From the NCBI GenBank assembly GCA_017463485.1, contig JAFTPD010000002.1:193870-257869 (forward strand): 64,000 nt of DNA, given 5' to 3'. The position numbers and the translations under genes are program-made. The stretch comes from Clostridia bacterium (GTDB lineage: Bacteria; Bacillota; Clostridia; Oscillospirales; CAG-272). Below the pieces are notes generated by a model. The model made no database searches, was not told where the DNA came from, and worked only from the letters and a program-made list of their open reading frames with translations. Below are positions 34,007-42,835 of this stretch, in pieces. Position 1 is the stretch's first letter. The number at the start of each line of letters is the position of its first letter.

Positions 34007-35311
34007 ATGAACCTAACCATTATTCCCTCTGCCATCGGCGGCAACGTGCGCATTCCCACGTCAAAATCGGAAGCGCACAGATTACTTATCGCCGCCGCGC
34101 TTTCGGCGCTTTATAATAATGATCCGAATCCTCGCACGCTATTTGTGGAATGCACTGATACCAACGAGGATATTGATGCCACCGCACGTTGCCTTTGCGG
34201 GCTGGGCGCGAATATTCAAAGAAGCGGCAACGGATTTTTCGTCACGCCGATAACGCAGGATTCTCTTAAAGATGTTACTGACGATACGGTTATCGATTGC
34301 GGTGAATCCGGCTCTACCCTGCGCTTTATTCTGCCTATAATACCCGCGCTTAAGCTGAGTGTAAAAATCAACATGCACGGCAGATTACCTCAAAGACCGC
34401 TTTCTCCGCTTTATGAGGAGCTTGTCGCTCACGGCGCGGAGCTGTCAGAGCAAGGCTCTGTTCCTTTGCGCGTTGGTGGCGTTCTTGATTCTGGAACAAA
34501 TGAATTTTCCATACGCGGGGACGTGTCCTCACAGTTTGTAAGCGGTCTGCTTTTCGCGCTTCCCCTGCTTTATGGCAATCAAACTCTTACAGTTACGGGG
34601 CAAGCAGAATCCGTTCCGTACATTTATATGACGCTTGATGCAATATCAAAATTCACTGACAGAATTCACGGTCAGCTACCCACGTTCCGTATATGCGAAA
34701 GCGGCTCTGCAAATTGTAGTACGCTCACGGCAGGCGGCGATTGGTCGGGTGTGGCATTTTGGCTTGCGGCGGGTGTTATTGGCAAAAGACCGATAACCGT
34801 CAGCGGCGTTGATCTTGACACACGTCAGGGTGACGCCAAAATAATTGACGTTCTCCGCTCATTCGGAGGCAAGATAGAAGTCTCTGCGAACAGCGTTACT
34901 GCGTATCCGTCAAAGCTTTATGGCGCGAGCGTGGATGCGACACAAATTCCGGATCTCGTGCCTATCGTGGCAACGGTTGCCGCAGTAGCGGACGGGAAGA
35001 CCGAGATATTTGGTGCGGCGCGGCTTCGCTTGAAGGAAAGCGACAGACTTGAGAGCGTCACACGGATGCTCTCTGGCTTGGGCGCAGATATATTGCAGCT
35101 TGACGACGGACTCATAATAAACGGAAAAAGATATCTTGATGGCGGCACTGTCGATTCCTTCTCCGACCATAGGATCGCTATGAGCGCGGGGGTTGCGGCT
35201 ACCGTTTGTAAATCCCCCGTAACCGTTTTGGGTGCGCAGTGCGTTTCCAAATCTTATCCCGCGTTCTGGAACGACTACAACTCTCTTGGAGGAGCTTTTG
35301 AAAATGAGTAA
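34007..35311 (+). CDS. aroA: 3-phosphoshikimate 1-carboxyvinyltransferase (EPSP synthase)
   Basis: ORF 33956-35311. The ATG at 34007 follows aaaagga. ...IPTSKSEAHRLLIAAAL... and ...DHRIAMSAGVAA... Confidence 0.92.
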   Translation: MNLTIIPSAIGGNVRIPTSKSEAHRLLIAAALSALYNNDPNPRTLFVECTDTNEDIDATARCLCGLGANIQRSGNGFFVTPITQDSLKDVTDDTVIDCGESGSTLRFILPIIPALKLSVKINMHGRLPQRPLSPLYEELVAHGAELSEQGSVPLRVGGVLDSGTNEFSIRGDVSSQFVSGLLFALPLLYGNQTLTVTGQAESVPYIYMTLDAISKFTDRIHGQLPTFRICESGSANCSTLTAGGDWSGVAFWLAAGVIGKRPITVSGVDLDTRQGDAKIIDVLRSFGGKIEVSANSVTAYPSKLYGASVDATQIPDLVPIVATVAAVADGKTEIFGAARLRLKESDRLESVTRMLSGLGADILQLDDGLIINGKRYLDGGTVDSFSDHRIAMSAGVAATVCKSPVTVLGAQCVSKSYPAFWNDYNSLGGAFENE

Positions 35312-36404
35312 CGTGTATGGAAATAACATAAAATTAAAAATTTTCGGCGGCTCACACGACAAGATTATCGGAATGACGCTTGACGGCTTCCCTGCAGGTG
35401 TTTCTATATCTTCCGAGTGTCTGCAAGCTTTCATGAACCGCCGCGCTCCTGGCAATAACGCTTGGTCTACAAAGCGAAAAGAACCCGACGTGCCCGAATT
35501 CATTTCGGGTGTGGAAGTAAAAAATCAAGATGGAAAAATCGTCTACTATACAAACGGCGACACTGTAAATGCTGTAATTCGCAATACTAATCAGCACTCC
35601 TCTGACTATTCCTCGCTCGTGAGTATCCCCCGCCCGTCACACGCAGATTTTGCCGCAAGAATGAAGTTTGGCAAATCGGTCGACCTGCGCGGCGGCGGAA
35701 AATATTCGGGTAGGCTTACAGCCCCTCTTTGCATTGCGGGCGCACTTTGTCTTGCATATCTCGAAGCGCGCGGCATCACTGTCGGAGCGCATATATTTCA
35801 GATCGGTAACGTAAGAGATAAAGGCTACGATCCCATATCGGTTGATGCCGATACGCTTATTCGAATTTCAGCACTCGAATTTCCCGTTATCGACGCTGAT
35901 ACACAAGCCGAAATGAAGGAGCGCATCGAAGATGCTCGTAAGGCTCTGGATTCTGTCGGCGGCATTGTGGAATGCGCTGTCGTTGGCTTACCCGCAGGTA
36001 TCGGTGACCACCCATTTGATGGACTTGAAGGACGTATTTCTTCCATCGTTTTCAGTATCCCCGCTGTCAAGGCTATCGAATTTGGTGACGGCTTTGCCGT
36101 TGCGGAGAGATGCGGAAGTCAAAATAATGACGCTTATGTCATTGATGGAGAGCGTGTAATTACCTCTACAAACCGCGCAGGCGGTATTATTGGTGGAATG
36201 AGCAGCGGTATGCCTCTTATCTTCCGTGCGGCTATCAAGCCTACTCCTTCAATTTCCTCACCGCAGGATAGCGTTGATCTTGATTCTATGCAGAATGTCA
36301 AGCTACTTATCAAGGGAAGACACGACCCATGCATTGTTCCCCGTGCTGTGCCTGTTTTTGAAGCGGCGGCGGCATTGGCTATCGTTGACGCACTGCTTGA
36401 TTAA
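35304..36404 (+). CDS. aroC: Chorismate synthase
   Basis: ORF 35232-36404. The ATG at 35304 follows ggagga and overlaps aroA by 8 nt. ...FGGSHDKIIG..., ...RPSHADF... and ...KGRHDPCIVPRAVPV... Confidence 0.92.
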   Translation: MSNVYGNNIKLKIFGGSHDKIIGMTLDGFPAGVSISSECLQAFMNRRAPGNNAWSTKRKEPDVPEFISGVEVKNQDGKIVYYTNGDTVNAVIRNTNQHSSDYSSLVSIPRPSHADFAARMKFGKSVDLRGGGKYSGRLTAPLCIAGALCLAYLEARGITVGAHIFQIGNVRDKGYDPISVDADTLIRISALEFPVIDADTQAEMKERIEDARKALDSVGGIVECAVVGLPAGIGDHPFDGLEGRISSIVFSIPAVKAIEFGDGFAVAERCGSQNNDAYVIDGERVITSTNRAGGIIGGMSSGMPLIFRAAIKPTPSISSPQDSVDLDSMQNVKLLIKGRHDPCIVPRAVPVFEAAAALAIVDALLD

Positions 36405-36422
36405 ATTTACAAAGGAATTATT

Positions 36423-37340
36423 ATGAGCAATTATCTGTACTCCGATTTTGTTTTTCTGACTGCTGTCTGCAAAAAGAGAAATCAAAAGCTGTCCGATATA
36501 TTTACCTCCGCTTCGTTTGCCTTGCAGTTTCCTTTCACAAAAGGTCAGCTTATCCATGCACTCGGCGTTTTGCATGCGGGTGGTTATATTACGTTCAGCG
36601 GCAACGTAACCGTAGCAGACCTTGTAGTTTCGGCTACCGAAAAGGGATATAACGCTACCAAAACGGGATTTTTTGCCCTTCTATCCTCCCGTGTAAGGGA
36701 AACGGAGCTTTTGAAATTGGAGCAAGCCTTTTGTTTGAATACAGAAGCTGCTGACTCGTTCGACGTTGCCATCACTGACGACGAATACGTTGCCATAAAT
36801 CGCAAGCTCTACGCCGATTATTCTATATCTGTTCCCTTCGTTGAAGCTTTTGTGCGTGACGGAAAGCTCTCGTTCAGCTTCCGCTCGTCGGGGTGCGGAT
36901 ATTCTCCAATGGGCAGTGGTGAGAGCGAGCTGGCGGTTGAGGATGATGACGAGATACTCAAGAACAGCCTTGACGTTATCTGCAACGACGAAAAATATGC
37001 CGACGGATTGCTTGCGGCTACCTGCGATTTTCTGCTCGTGTCCTCAAAGGTGAGAAAGTTTGCCCTTGAAGGTCACGGCGGTGTCTATTTGTTTTCACTG
37101 TCATACGTAAAGGACGGTGCAAGACTGACTGCGGCGAAGATCCTTTACAACAAGCAAAGATTTATTGGCAAGCGCGATGGCGACTTGGATTACGCACAAT
37201 GCGGCGAGAATATTCTTGATATTACCATCTCGCCCGCACTTCTTTCAGCAGCTGTGCTTCGCGCGTATGCCTCCGTCCCATCCGTCTTGACGGAAAATAT
37301 GTTGAATATGATGACAGAATTGAGATCTGCGGGTGTCTGA
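36423..37340 (+). CDS. Hypothetical protein (305 aa) embedded in the aro operon
   Basis: RBS aaagga. No recognisable enzyme motifs. The N-terminal ~70 aa has a weak winged-helix-like pattern (...QLIHALGVLHAGGYITF). Confidence 0.6.
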   Translation: MSNYLYSDFVFLTAVCKKRNQKLSDIFTSASFALQFPFTKGQLIHALGVLHAGGYITFSGNVTVADLVVSATEKGYNATKTGFFALLSSRVRETELLKLEQAFCLNTEAADSFDVAITDDEYVAINRKLYADYSISVPFVEAFVRDGKLSFSFRSSGCGYSPMGSGESELAVEDDDEILKNSLDVICNDEKYADGLLAATCDFLLVSSKVRKFALEGHGGVYLFSLSYVKDGARLTAAKILYNKQRFIGKRDGDLDYAQCGENILDITISPALLSAAVLRAYASVPSVLTENMLNMMTELRSAGV

Positions 37341-37364
37341 CATTCGCACGAAAGGAAGCTTAAA

Positions 37365-38618
37365 ATGAAATGCGGACTTATCGGGGAGCGGCTGGCCCAC
37401 AGCTATTCTCCCGAAATACATAAAGAGCTTGCGGGTGACGTGTATACCTACGAGCTGTATCCTATCCCCCTCGAATCACTCGGAGAATTCGTAGCCTCGC
37501 GGCAGCTTGACGCCATGAACGTCACTATTCCGTACAAAAAAGCTATAATTCCCTATCTCGATCACGTATCCGAGCGAGCTTTGCGTATCGGCGCGGTAAA
37601 TACGGTTTTTACCGACGCTCAAGGCAACTTGCACGGTGACAACACCGATTATTACGGTTTCATGAAAACGCTTGAGCGGCTTAGTGTAGACGTAGGCGGA
37701 AAAAAGGCGCTTGTACTCGGTTCGGGCGGCGCTTCGCTGACGGCTCAAGCGGTATTATCCGATCTGGGCGCGGATGTGGTTGTGATCTCCCGAAACGGTG
37801 AGGATAATTATTCCAACGTTTACATAAAGCACGCAGACGCAGAGCTAATAATCAACTGCACTCCCGTGGGTATGTACCCAAATAACGGCGTGTCCCCCAT
37901 TGAGCTTGAACGTTTTTCATCAGTTCTGGGAGTGATGGATATGGTCTACAATCCGTCCAAGACCAAGCTCATCTATGATGCTGAAAAGTTAAACATACCC
38001 GTCCTGAACGGACTTTACATGCTCGTAGCCCAAGCCGCAGCGGCAAGTGAGATATTCCTTGACGGTGCGCGGAAATTTACTGACGCCGATATTGAACGGA
38101 TAGAGCGTAAAATACGCCGCTCATCCGAAAATATCATTCTTGTAGGAATGCCTGGCTCGGGAAAAACCACTGTCGGCGAGATACTTTCCCAAAGGCTCTC
38201 GCGCGAGTTTATTGACACCGACGAAATGATAGTTCAGCGCGTGGGCATGGATATCCCGACGATATTCGAAAAACACGGTGAGGAGAAATTCCGCCTTATT
38301 GAGGAAGCTGTTTGCGCTGACGTCGGAAAAATGAGCGGCAAAATAATTTCCACAGGTGGGGGCGCGGTCACGCGCCCAGCTAATCGGTACAGTCTGCGCC
38401 AGAATTCCGTCATTGTGTTCCTTGAACGCGAGCTGTCACTGCTACCTACCGACGGCAGACCCTTGTCAGAAAAGTCGAGGCTTGCGAAAATGCTTGACAT
38501 TAGACTACCCATGTATCTTGATTTTTCCGATGTAAGAGTTAACAACGACTCTGCCCCTGAGGACACAGCGGACAAAATTTTACAAATTCTTGATGATGTT
38601 TACAACAGCGAGGTATAA
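37365..38618 (+). CDS. aroE/aroK: Bifunctional shikimate dehydrogenase / shikimate kinase
   Basis: The N-terminal part has ...HSYSPEIHK... and ...NVTIPYKK... (AroE). The C-terminal part has Walker A GMPGSGKTTVGEIL and ...FIDTDEMI... (AroK). Confidence 0.9.
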   Translation: MKCGLIGERLAHSYSPEIHKELAGDVYTYELYPIPLESLGEFVASRQLDAMNVTIPYKKAIIPYLDHVSERALRIGAVNTVFTDAQGNLHGDNTDYYGFMKTLERLSVDVGGKKALVLGSGGASLTAQAVLSDLGADVVVISRNGEDNYSNVYIKHADAELIINCTPVGMYPNNGVSPIELERFSSVLGVMDMVYNPSKTKLIYDAEKLNIPVLNGLYMLVAQAAAASEIFLDGARKFTDADIERIERKIRRSSENIILVGMPGSGKTTVGEILSQRLSREFIDTDEMIVQRVGMDIPTIFEKHGEEKFRLIEEAVCADVGKMSGKIISTGGGAVTRPANRYSLRQNSVIVFLERELSLLPTDGRPLSEKSRLAKMLDIRLPMYLDFSDVRVNNDSAPEDTADKILQILDDVYNSEV

Positions 38619-39050
38619 ATGAAAATTCTTGTTATAAACGGACCAAATATTAATATGCTCGGAATTCGCGAGCCTGCAATCTACGGCGCATCTACCTATG
38701 CCGATCTTGTCGCTATGATAAAGGAATATTGCGCATCTGCCGATATTGAATGTGAGCTTTTTCAATCCAATCATGAGGGCGATATCGTGGATAAGATACA
38801 GGACGCGTACGGAAAATTTGACGGTATAGTTATAAATCCCGCCGCATATACGCACACAAGTGTTGCTATACTCGACGCTCTCAAATCCGTGGCTATACCC
38901 ACTGTCGAGGTGCATATTTCAAAGGTAAGCGAGCGTGAGAGCTTCAGACAGATATCCTACGTTTCTTATTATGCCGTAAAGACCTATCAAGGTCTTGGCT
39001 TTGACGGTTATATCAAGGCTATTGAGTATTTGCGGGAGCATCTGTCATAA
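38619..39050 (+). CDS. aroQ: 3-dehydroquinate dehydratase, type II
   Basis: MKILVINGPNINMLGIREPAIYG...QSNHEGDIVDKIQ...INPAAYTHTSVAILDAL... Confidence 0.95.
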   Translation: MKILVINGPNINMLGIREPAIYGASTYADLVAMIKEYCASADIECELFQSNHEGDIVDKIQDAYGKFDGIVINPAAYTHTSVAILDALKSVAIPTVEVHISKVSERESFRQISYVSYYAVKTYQGLGFDGYIKAIEYLREHLS

Positions 39051-39080
39051 TTTTGTGTCCCTGTGATGCCGCATTTACAC

Positions 39081-39109
39081 TTGACAAAGCTTATTAAATT
39101 TGTTATACT
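39081..39109 (+). promoter_or_regulatory. Sigma-A-type promoter of holB-ricT
   Basis: TTGACA (39081-39086), 17-nt spacer, TGtTATACT (39101-39109). Confidence 0.6.
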
Positions 39110-39141
39110 AAAAAGGTATACGTGAGAAGGAGGAGTACGCC

Positions 39142-40257
39142 GTGGCTGACAGCATTTTGAATATTGTCGGTAATGCCGAGCTGTTGGCTCGCATACGCCG
39201 CGACGTCATGTCAAATACGCTTTCCCACGCTTACATTATTGAAGGTCGCAGGGGTAGCGGAAAGCACATCTTGGCAAAGCATATCGCGCTTGCCCTCGCT
39301 TGCCGTTATTCGCCTAAAAACCTTTCCTCGCACAACCGTGCAGAGATAAGTATGTTTGATATGTTCGAGGATGAAGCTACGACCGAGTCTGCTGACAGAC
39401 TTCCCTGCTGCTTTGAGAGCGACTCTGAGCTTTGTAACTCATGCCGTAAGCTGCTTGAGGATAAATGCCCCGATCTGTACGTTATAGGTCGCGACGGTAA
39501 GGCGACGATAGGCGTTGAAGCTATAAGAAATCTGCGTTCAAGCGTGCATATTGCGCCCATTGATATGGAAACCAAGATATACATTATTGAGGACGCGGAA
39601 ACTATGACGGTTCAAGCGCAAAATGCATTGCTTCTTACCATGGAGGAGCCGCCTCCTTACGTTTTGTTCCTGCTTTTGTGTAACAATTCGGAGGCATTGC
39701 TTGAAACGATCAAGAGTCGTGCACCTACTCTCAGGACTGAAAATCTGTCTGATTCGCAGGTTGCCGAATATCTTGTCAGCCATAGCAACGACGCGCGAAA
39801 TTTACGCAATACCTCCCCTGCTGAATTTAAAACTATCGTTCTGAGTGCCGACGGTTGCATTGGCCGCGCACTTGAGCTTACAGACCACAAGGAGCGAAAA
39901 AAAATATCCCAACGCCGCGCTGTGGCAGACGATTTTATATCTCTGTGCCGCCGACGTGATTCGCGGAGGCTTCCCGCGCTTATTCCCGCATTTGGCAACA
40001 AGCGTGACGAGGCAACTGAAATATTGCGGCTCATCTCCCTTGCTCTCCGAGATCTTTTGCTTATCAAGAAGAGCGAAAAAGTATCACTGAAATATTATAC
40101 CGACGCAGACACAGCAGTGGCTATATCGGACGATATGACGTCGCAATTTATTCTGAACGTGTATAACGCTGTTGAGAATGCTGTGAACTCATTTGAACGA
40201 AACGGCAATCTCCGCTTGACGTTGACGCGGATGTGCGTTGATGCTGAGCTATTATAA
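39142..40257 (+). CDS. holB: DNA polymerase III delta' subunit
   Basis: GTG start preceded by aaggagga. ...LSHAYIIEGRRGSGKHILA... and ...IYIIEDAETMTVQAQNALLLTMEEPPP...IKSRA... Confidence 0.85.
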   Translation: MADSILNIVGNAELLARIRRDVMSNTLSHAYIIEGRRGSGKHILAKHIALALACRYSPKNLSSHNRAEISMFDMFEDEATTESADRLPCCFESDSELCNSCRKLLEDKCPDLYVIGRDGKATIGVEAIRNLRSSVHIAPIDMETKIYIIEDAETMTVQAQNALLLTMEEPPPYVLFLLLCNNSEALLETIKSRAPTLRTENLSDSQVAEYLVSHSNDARNLRNTSPAEFKTIVLSADGCIGRALELTDHKERKKISQRRAVADDFISLCRRRDSRRLPALIPAFGNKRDEATEILRLISLALRDLLLIKKSEKVSLKYYTDADTAVAISDDMTSQFILNVYNAVENAVNSFERNGNLRLTLTRMCVDAELL

Positions 40258-40289
40258 CGGCGAAAAATATATAGAAAGGTACGCTTAAA

Positions 40290-41561
40290 ATGGCAAACGA
40301 GCAGAACAATAACCGAGAAAATCAGTCTGCCACCCCCAAGGATGGCGGCAAAAAGTCTTTTCATCATAAAAGAAATCGTCGTTTCCGCAACCGTCACCGT
40401 AACGGCAACGGTGTTGACAAGTCTGCAATTACAAATCAAGCGGTAGAAAACGCCGAGATTAAGGAGGAGCCAGCCGCTCCTGTAGTAGAAAACAAAATAT
40501 CTGCAGGTCGTCCTGCACGTCCGCAGAATGCCGCTCCCCGTTCCGTAGATATGCCTGATATGGATAATATTCTGGTGGATGATATGCCCGCTATGGACGA
40601 CGGAGATTCTGTGGGTGACGAGCTTGACAGGATCATAATGGCAGAGCAGGCATCCGAAAAATTCAAGCCCAACGTCATCCCGGACGTCATTCCAAAGGGC
40701 AAGGCGGTTATAGTTGGCATACGCTTTAATTCGGGCGGAAAGACCTACTATTTCGATCCTAAAAAGCTGAAATGCAAGGTCGGCAACTACGCCGTTGTGG
40801 AAACCGCACGCGGAATGGAGTTTGGCGAGGTGTGTATATCTCCCCGCCTTGTTGACGAGTCACTGCTCGTGTCCCCTCTCCGCCCGGTAGTCAGAATTGC
40901 TACCGACGACGATATCCGACACAATAAGGAGAATATTCTCAAAGAGGACGAAGCCTTCAAGGTATGTGCGCAGAAAATATTGGCTCACGGACTTGATATG
41001 AAACTTGTCCGTGCGCAGTACACCTTTGATAACAGCAAGCTCTTGTTCTATTTCACATCTGCAGGACGAGTTGACTTCCGCGAGCTTGTAAAGGACCTAG
41101 CAGGTGTTTTCCATATCCGTATTGAGCTTCGCCAGATCGGTATACGTGACGAAGCGAGAATGCTTGGCGGGCTTGGAACCTGCGGCAGACCTCTCTGTTG
41201 CTCTACTTTCCTCACCGATTTCGGTCAGGTTTCCATGAAAATGGCAAAGGAGCAAAATCTCTCGCTCAATTCCACCAAAATATCGGGTTGCTGCGGCAGA
41301 CTTATGTGCTGTCTGCGCTACGAGTATGACGTTTATGCCGAAGAGATAAGAAAATCTCCCGCAGTAGGCACTATCGTGAATACCCCGGACGGTCAAGGCG
41401 TTATTACTGAGATATTCCCACTTGCCGAGGAGGTAAAGGTCAGCCTTCGCGCTGAAAATGAAACTGCTCCAAAGAGATACAAGCGTGACGACGTAACTCC
41501 GATTGGCGGCAAAGGACATGCTCACGCCCAAGATAATGCTTCGGTAAAAGACGGCGAATGA
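40290..41561 (+). CDS. ricT: PSP1-domain protein RicT/YaaT with a long N-terminal low-complexity extension
   Basis: The PSP1 core VGIRFNSGGKTYYFDP...VVETARGMEFGEV... starts at about aa 140. The Cys-rich part is ...CGRPLCCSTFL...CCGRLMCCLRYE. An alternative start is at 40638. Confidence 0.8.
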   Translation: MANEQNNNRENQSATPKDGGKKSFHHKRNRRFRNRHRNGNGVDKSAITNQAVENAEIKEEPAAPVVENKISAGRPARPQNAAPRSVDMPDMDNILVDDMPAMDDGDSVGDELDRIIMAEQASEKFKPNVIPDVIPKGKAVIVGIRFNSGGKTYYFDPKKLKCKVGNYAVVETARGMEFGEVCISPRLVDESLLVSPLRPVVRIATDDDIRHNKENILKEDEAFKVCAQKILAHGLDMKLVRAQYTFDNSKLLFYFTSAGRVDFRELVKDLAGVFHIRIELRQIGIRDEARMLGGLGTCGRPLCCSTFLTDFGQVSMKMAKEQNLSLNSTKISGCCGRLMCCLRYEYDVYAEEIRKSPAVGTIVNTPDGQGVITEIFPLAEEVKVSLRAENETAPKRYKRDDVTPIGGKGHAHAQDNASVKDGE

Positions 41562-41634
41562 GCCGTCAGGGTGCGTGTTAATAATTTATTTACACTATAT
41601 TGATTAAATTTGTAGTGAAATTTACAAATTACAC

Positions 41635-41662
41635 TTGCATTTTTTTCGTTATATGATAAAAT
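41635..41662 (+). promoter_or_regulatory. Promoter of the ferredoxin gene
   Basis: TTGCAT (41635-41640), 16-nt spacer, TGaTAAAAT (41654-41662). Confidence 0.5.
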
Positions 41663-41730
41663 AGAAGCGTAGTCGTGATAAGCGACAGTTCGTATCATAT
41701 ACGGCAATCATTTTAATGGAGGTACTAACA

Positions 41731-41901
41731 ATGGCATACAAGATCAATGATGATTGCGTTTCCTGCGGTGCTTGTGCTGAGGCTTGTCCTGTAAGCGCTA
41801 TCTCCGAGGGCGACGGCAAGTACGAAATTGATGCTGATACCTGCATCGACTGCGGTTCTTGCGCAGACGCTTGCCCTGTTGATGCTCCCAAGGCTGACTA
41901 A
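41731..41901 (+). CDS. fdx: 2x[4Fe-4S] clostridial-type ferredoxin
   Basis: 56 aa, MAYKINDDCVSCGACAEACPV...CIDCGSCADACPV. The ATG at 41731 follows ggagg. Confidence 0.93.
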   Translation: MAYKINDDCVSCGACAEACPVSAISEGDGKYEIDADTCIDCGSCADACPVDAPKAD

Positions 41902-41964
41902 TAGCCCTGCGAGTTACATTTTCACAATGTAAGCCGTCGGTTTTCCGCGGCATGGCAAATTGCC

Positions 41965-42009
41965 AACGGCTCCCACTGATGATTTTTCAGTTGGAGCCGT
42001 TTACATTTT
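41965..42009 (+). terminator. Rho-independent terminator of the ferredoxin gene
   Basis: Arms aacggctcccactga (41965-41979) and tcagttggagccgtt (41987-42001) with one mismatch, then uacauuuu. Confidence 0.65.
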
Positions 42010-42039
42010 GTGCCGTCAGACGGCACGACGGAGGTAAAT

Positions 42040-42825
42040 ATGCTATTTGACAACGAGAGATTTGACGAGGTCAATGAAAATATAAGGCTTATCCAAAAGA
42101 AAAACGGACTTACGTTTGGTACTGATGCATATCTTTTAGCGGCTTTTTTGCGCACAAGATCCAAGGAGCGCGCCGTGGATCTCGGTAGCGGAACGGGCAT
42201 TATTCCCCTTTTGTGCATGAGTCGAGACAAGGCATCCCATTTTTATGCGCTTGAAATACAGCAATCGTTTGCCGATCTTATTAGGAGAAACGTAGAGCTT
42301 AACGGCTTTTCCGATAAAATTACGCCACTTTGCATAGACGTTCGCGACATTACGGCGCAAGATGTTGGAGGCGAGGTCGGTATCGTTACTGCCAATCCTC
42401 CGTATATGACGGTAAATTCGGGTGAGCGCAATTCGGCTGACGAAAAATATATCGCTCGCCATGAGGTGGCAGGCTCAATATTTGATTTTTGCGCGGCAGC
42501 GGGCAGATTGCTTAAATACGGCGGTAGATTTTACTGTGTGTTCCGCCCCGACAGACTTGCCGATCTTTTTACTGCTTTGCGCACCGCGGATCTTGAGCCA
42601 AAGCGAATGACATTCGTTCATTCCACTGCTCTTTCCAAGCCGTCCATGGTACTTGTGGAAGCACAAAAAGGCGCAGGAGCAAGTATGACAGTCACACCCC
42701 CGCTGTGCTTGTGTCGCGTGGATGGTAACGGCAACGCGACTCAAACGCCGACTGCGGAGTGCGATCATATTTATCAGCATTGTGCATTTCCCGACCGCTT
42801 TTTGTTGTCAAATAAATCGAAATAA
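42040..42825 (+). CDS. N6-adenine methyltransferase, TrmN6/YfiC-like (NPPY motif)
   Basis: ORF 42010-42825. The ATG at 42040 follows ggagg. SAM motif VDLGSGTGII and catalytic TANPPY. Confidence 0.7.
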   Translation: MLFDNERFDEVNENIRLIQKKNGLTFGTDAYLLAAFLRTRSKERAVDLGSGTGIIPLLCMSRDKASHFYALEIQQSFADLIRRNVELNGFSDKITPLCIDVRDITAQDVGGEVGIVTANPPYMTVNSGERNSADEKYIARHEVAGSIFDFCAAAGRLLKYGGRFYCVFRPDRLADLFTALRTADLEPKRMTFVHSTALSKPSMVLVEAQKGAGASMTVTPPLCLCRVDGNGNATQTPTAECDHIYQHCAFPDRFLLSNKSK

Positions 42826-42835
42826 AAGGACGAAT

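Noticed and set aside
40638-41561. A shorter RicT starting at the internal ATG at 40638.
   Set aside because: I did not adopt it as the primary call because the 40290 start has an RBS, directly follows holB and keeps the frame open. The shorter form cannot be excluded without experimental data.
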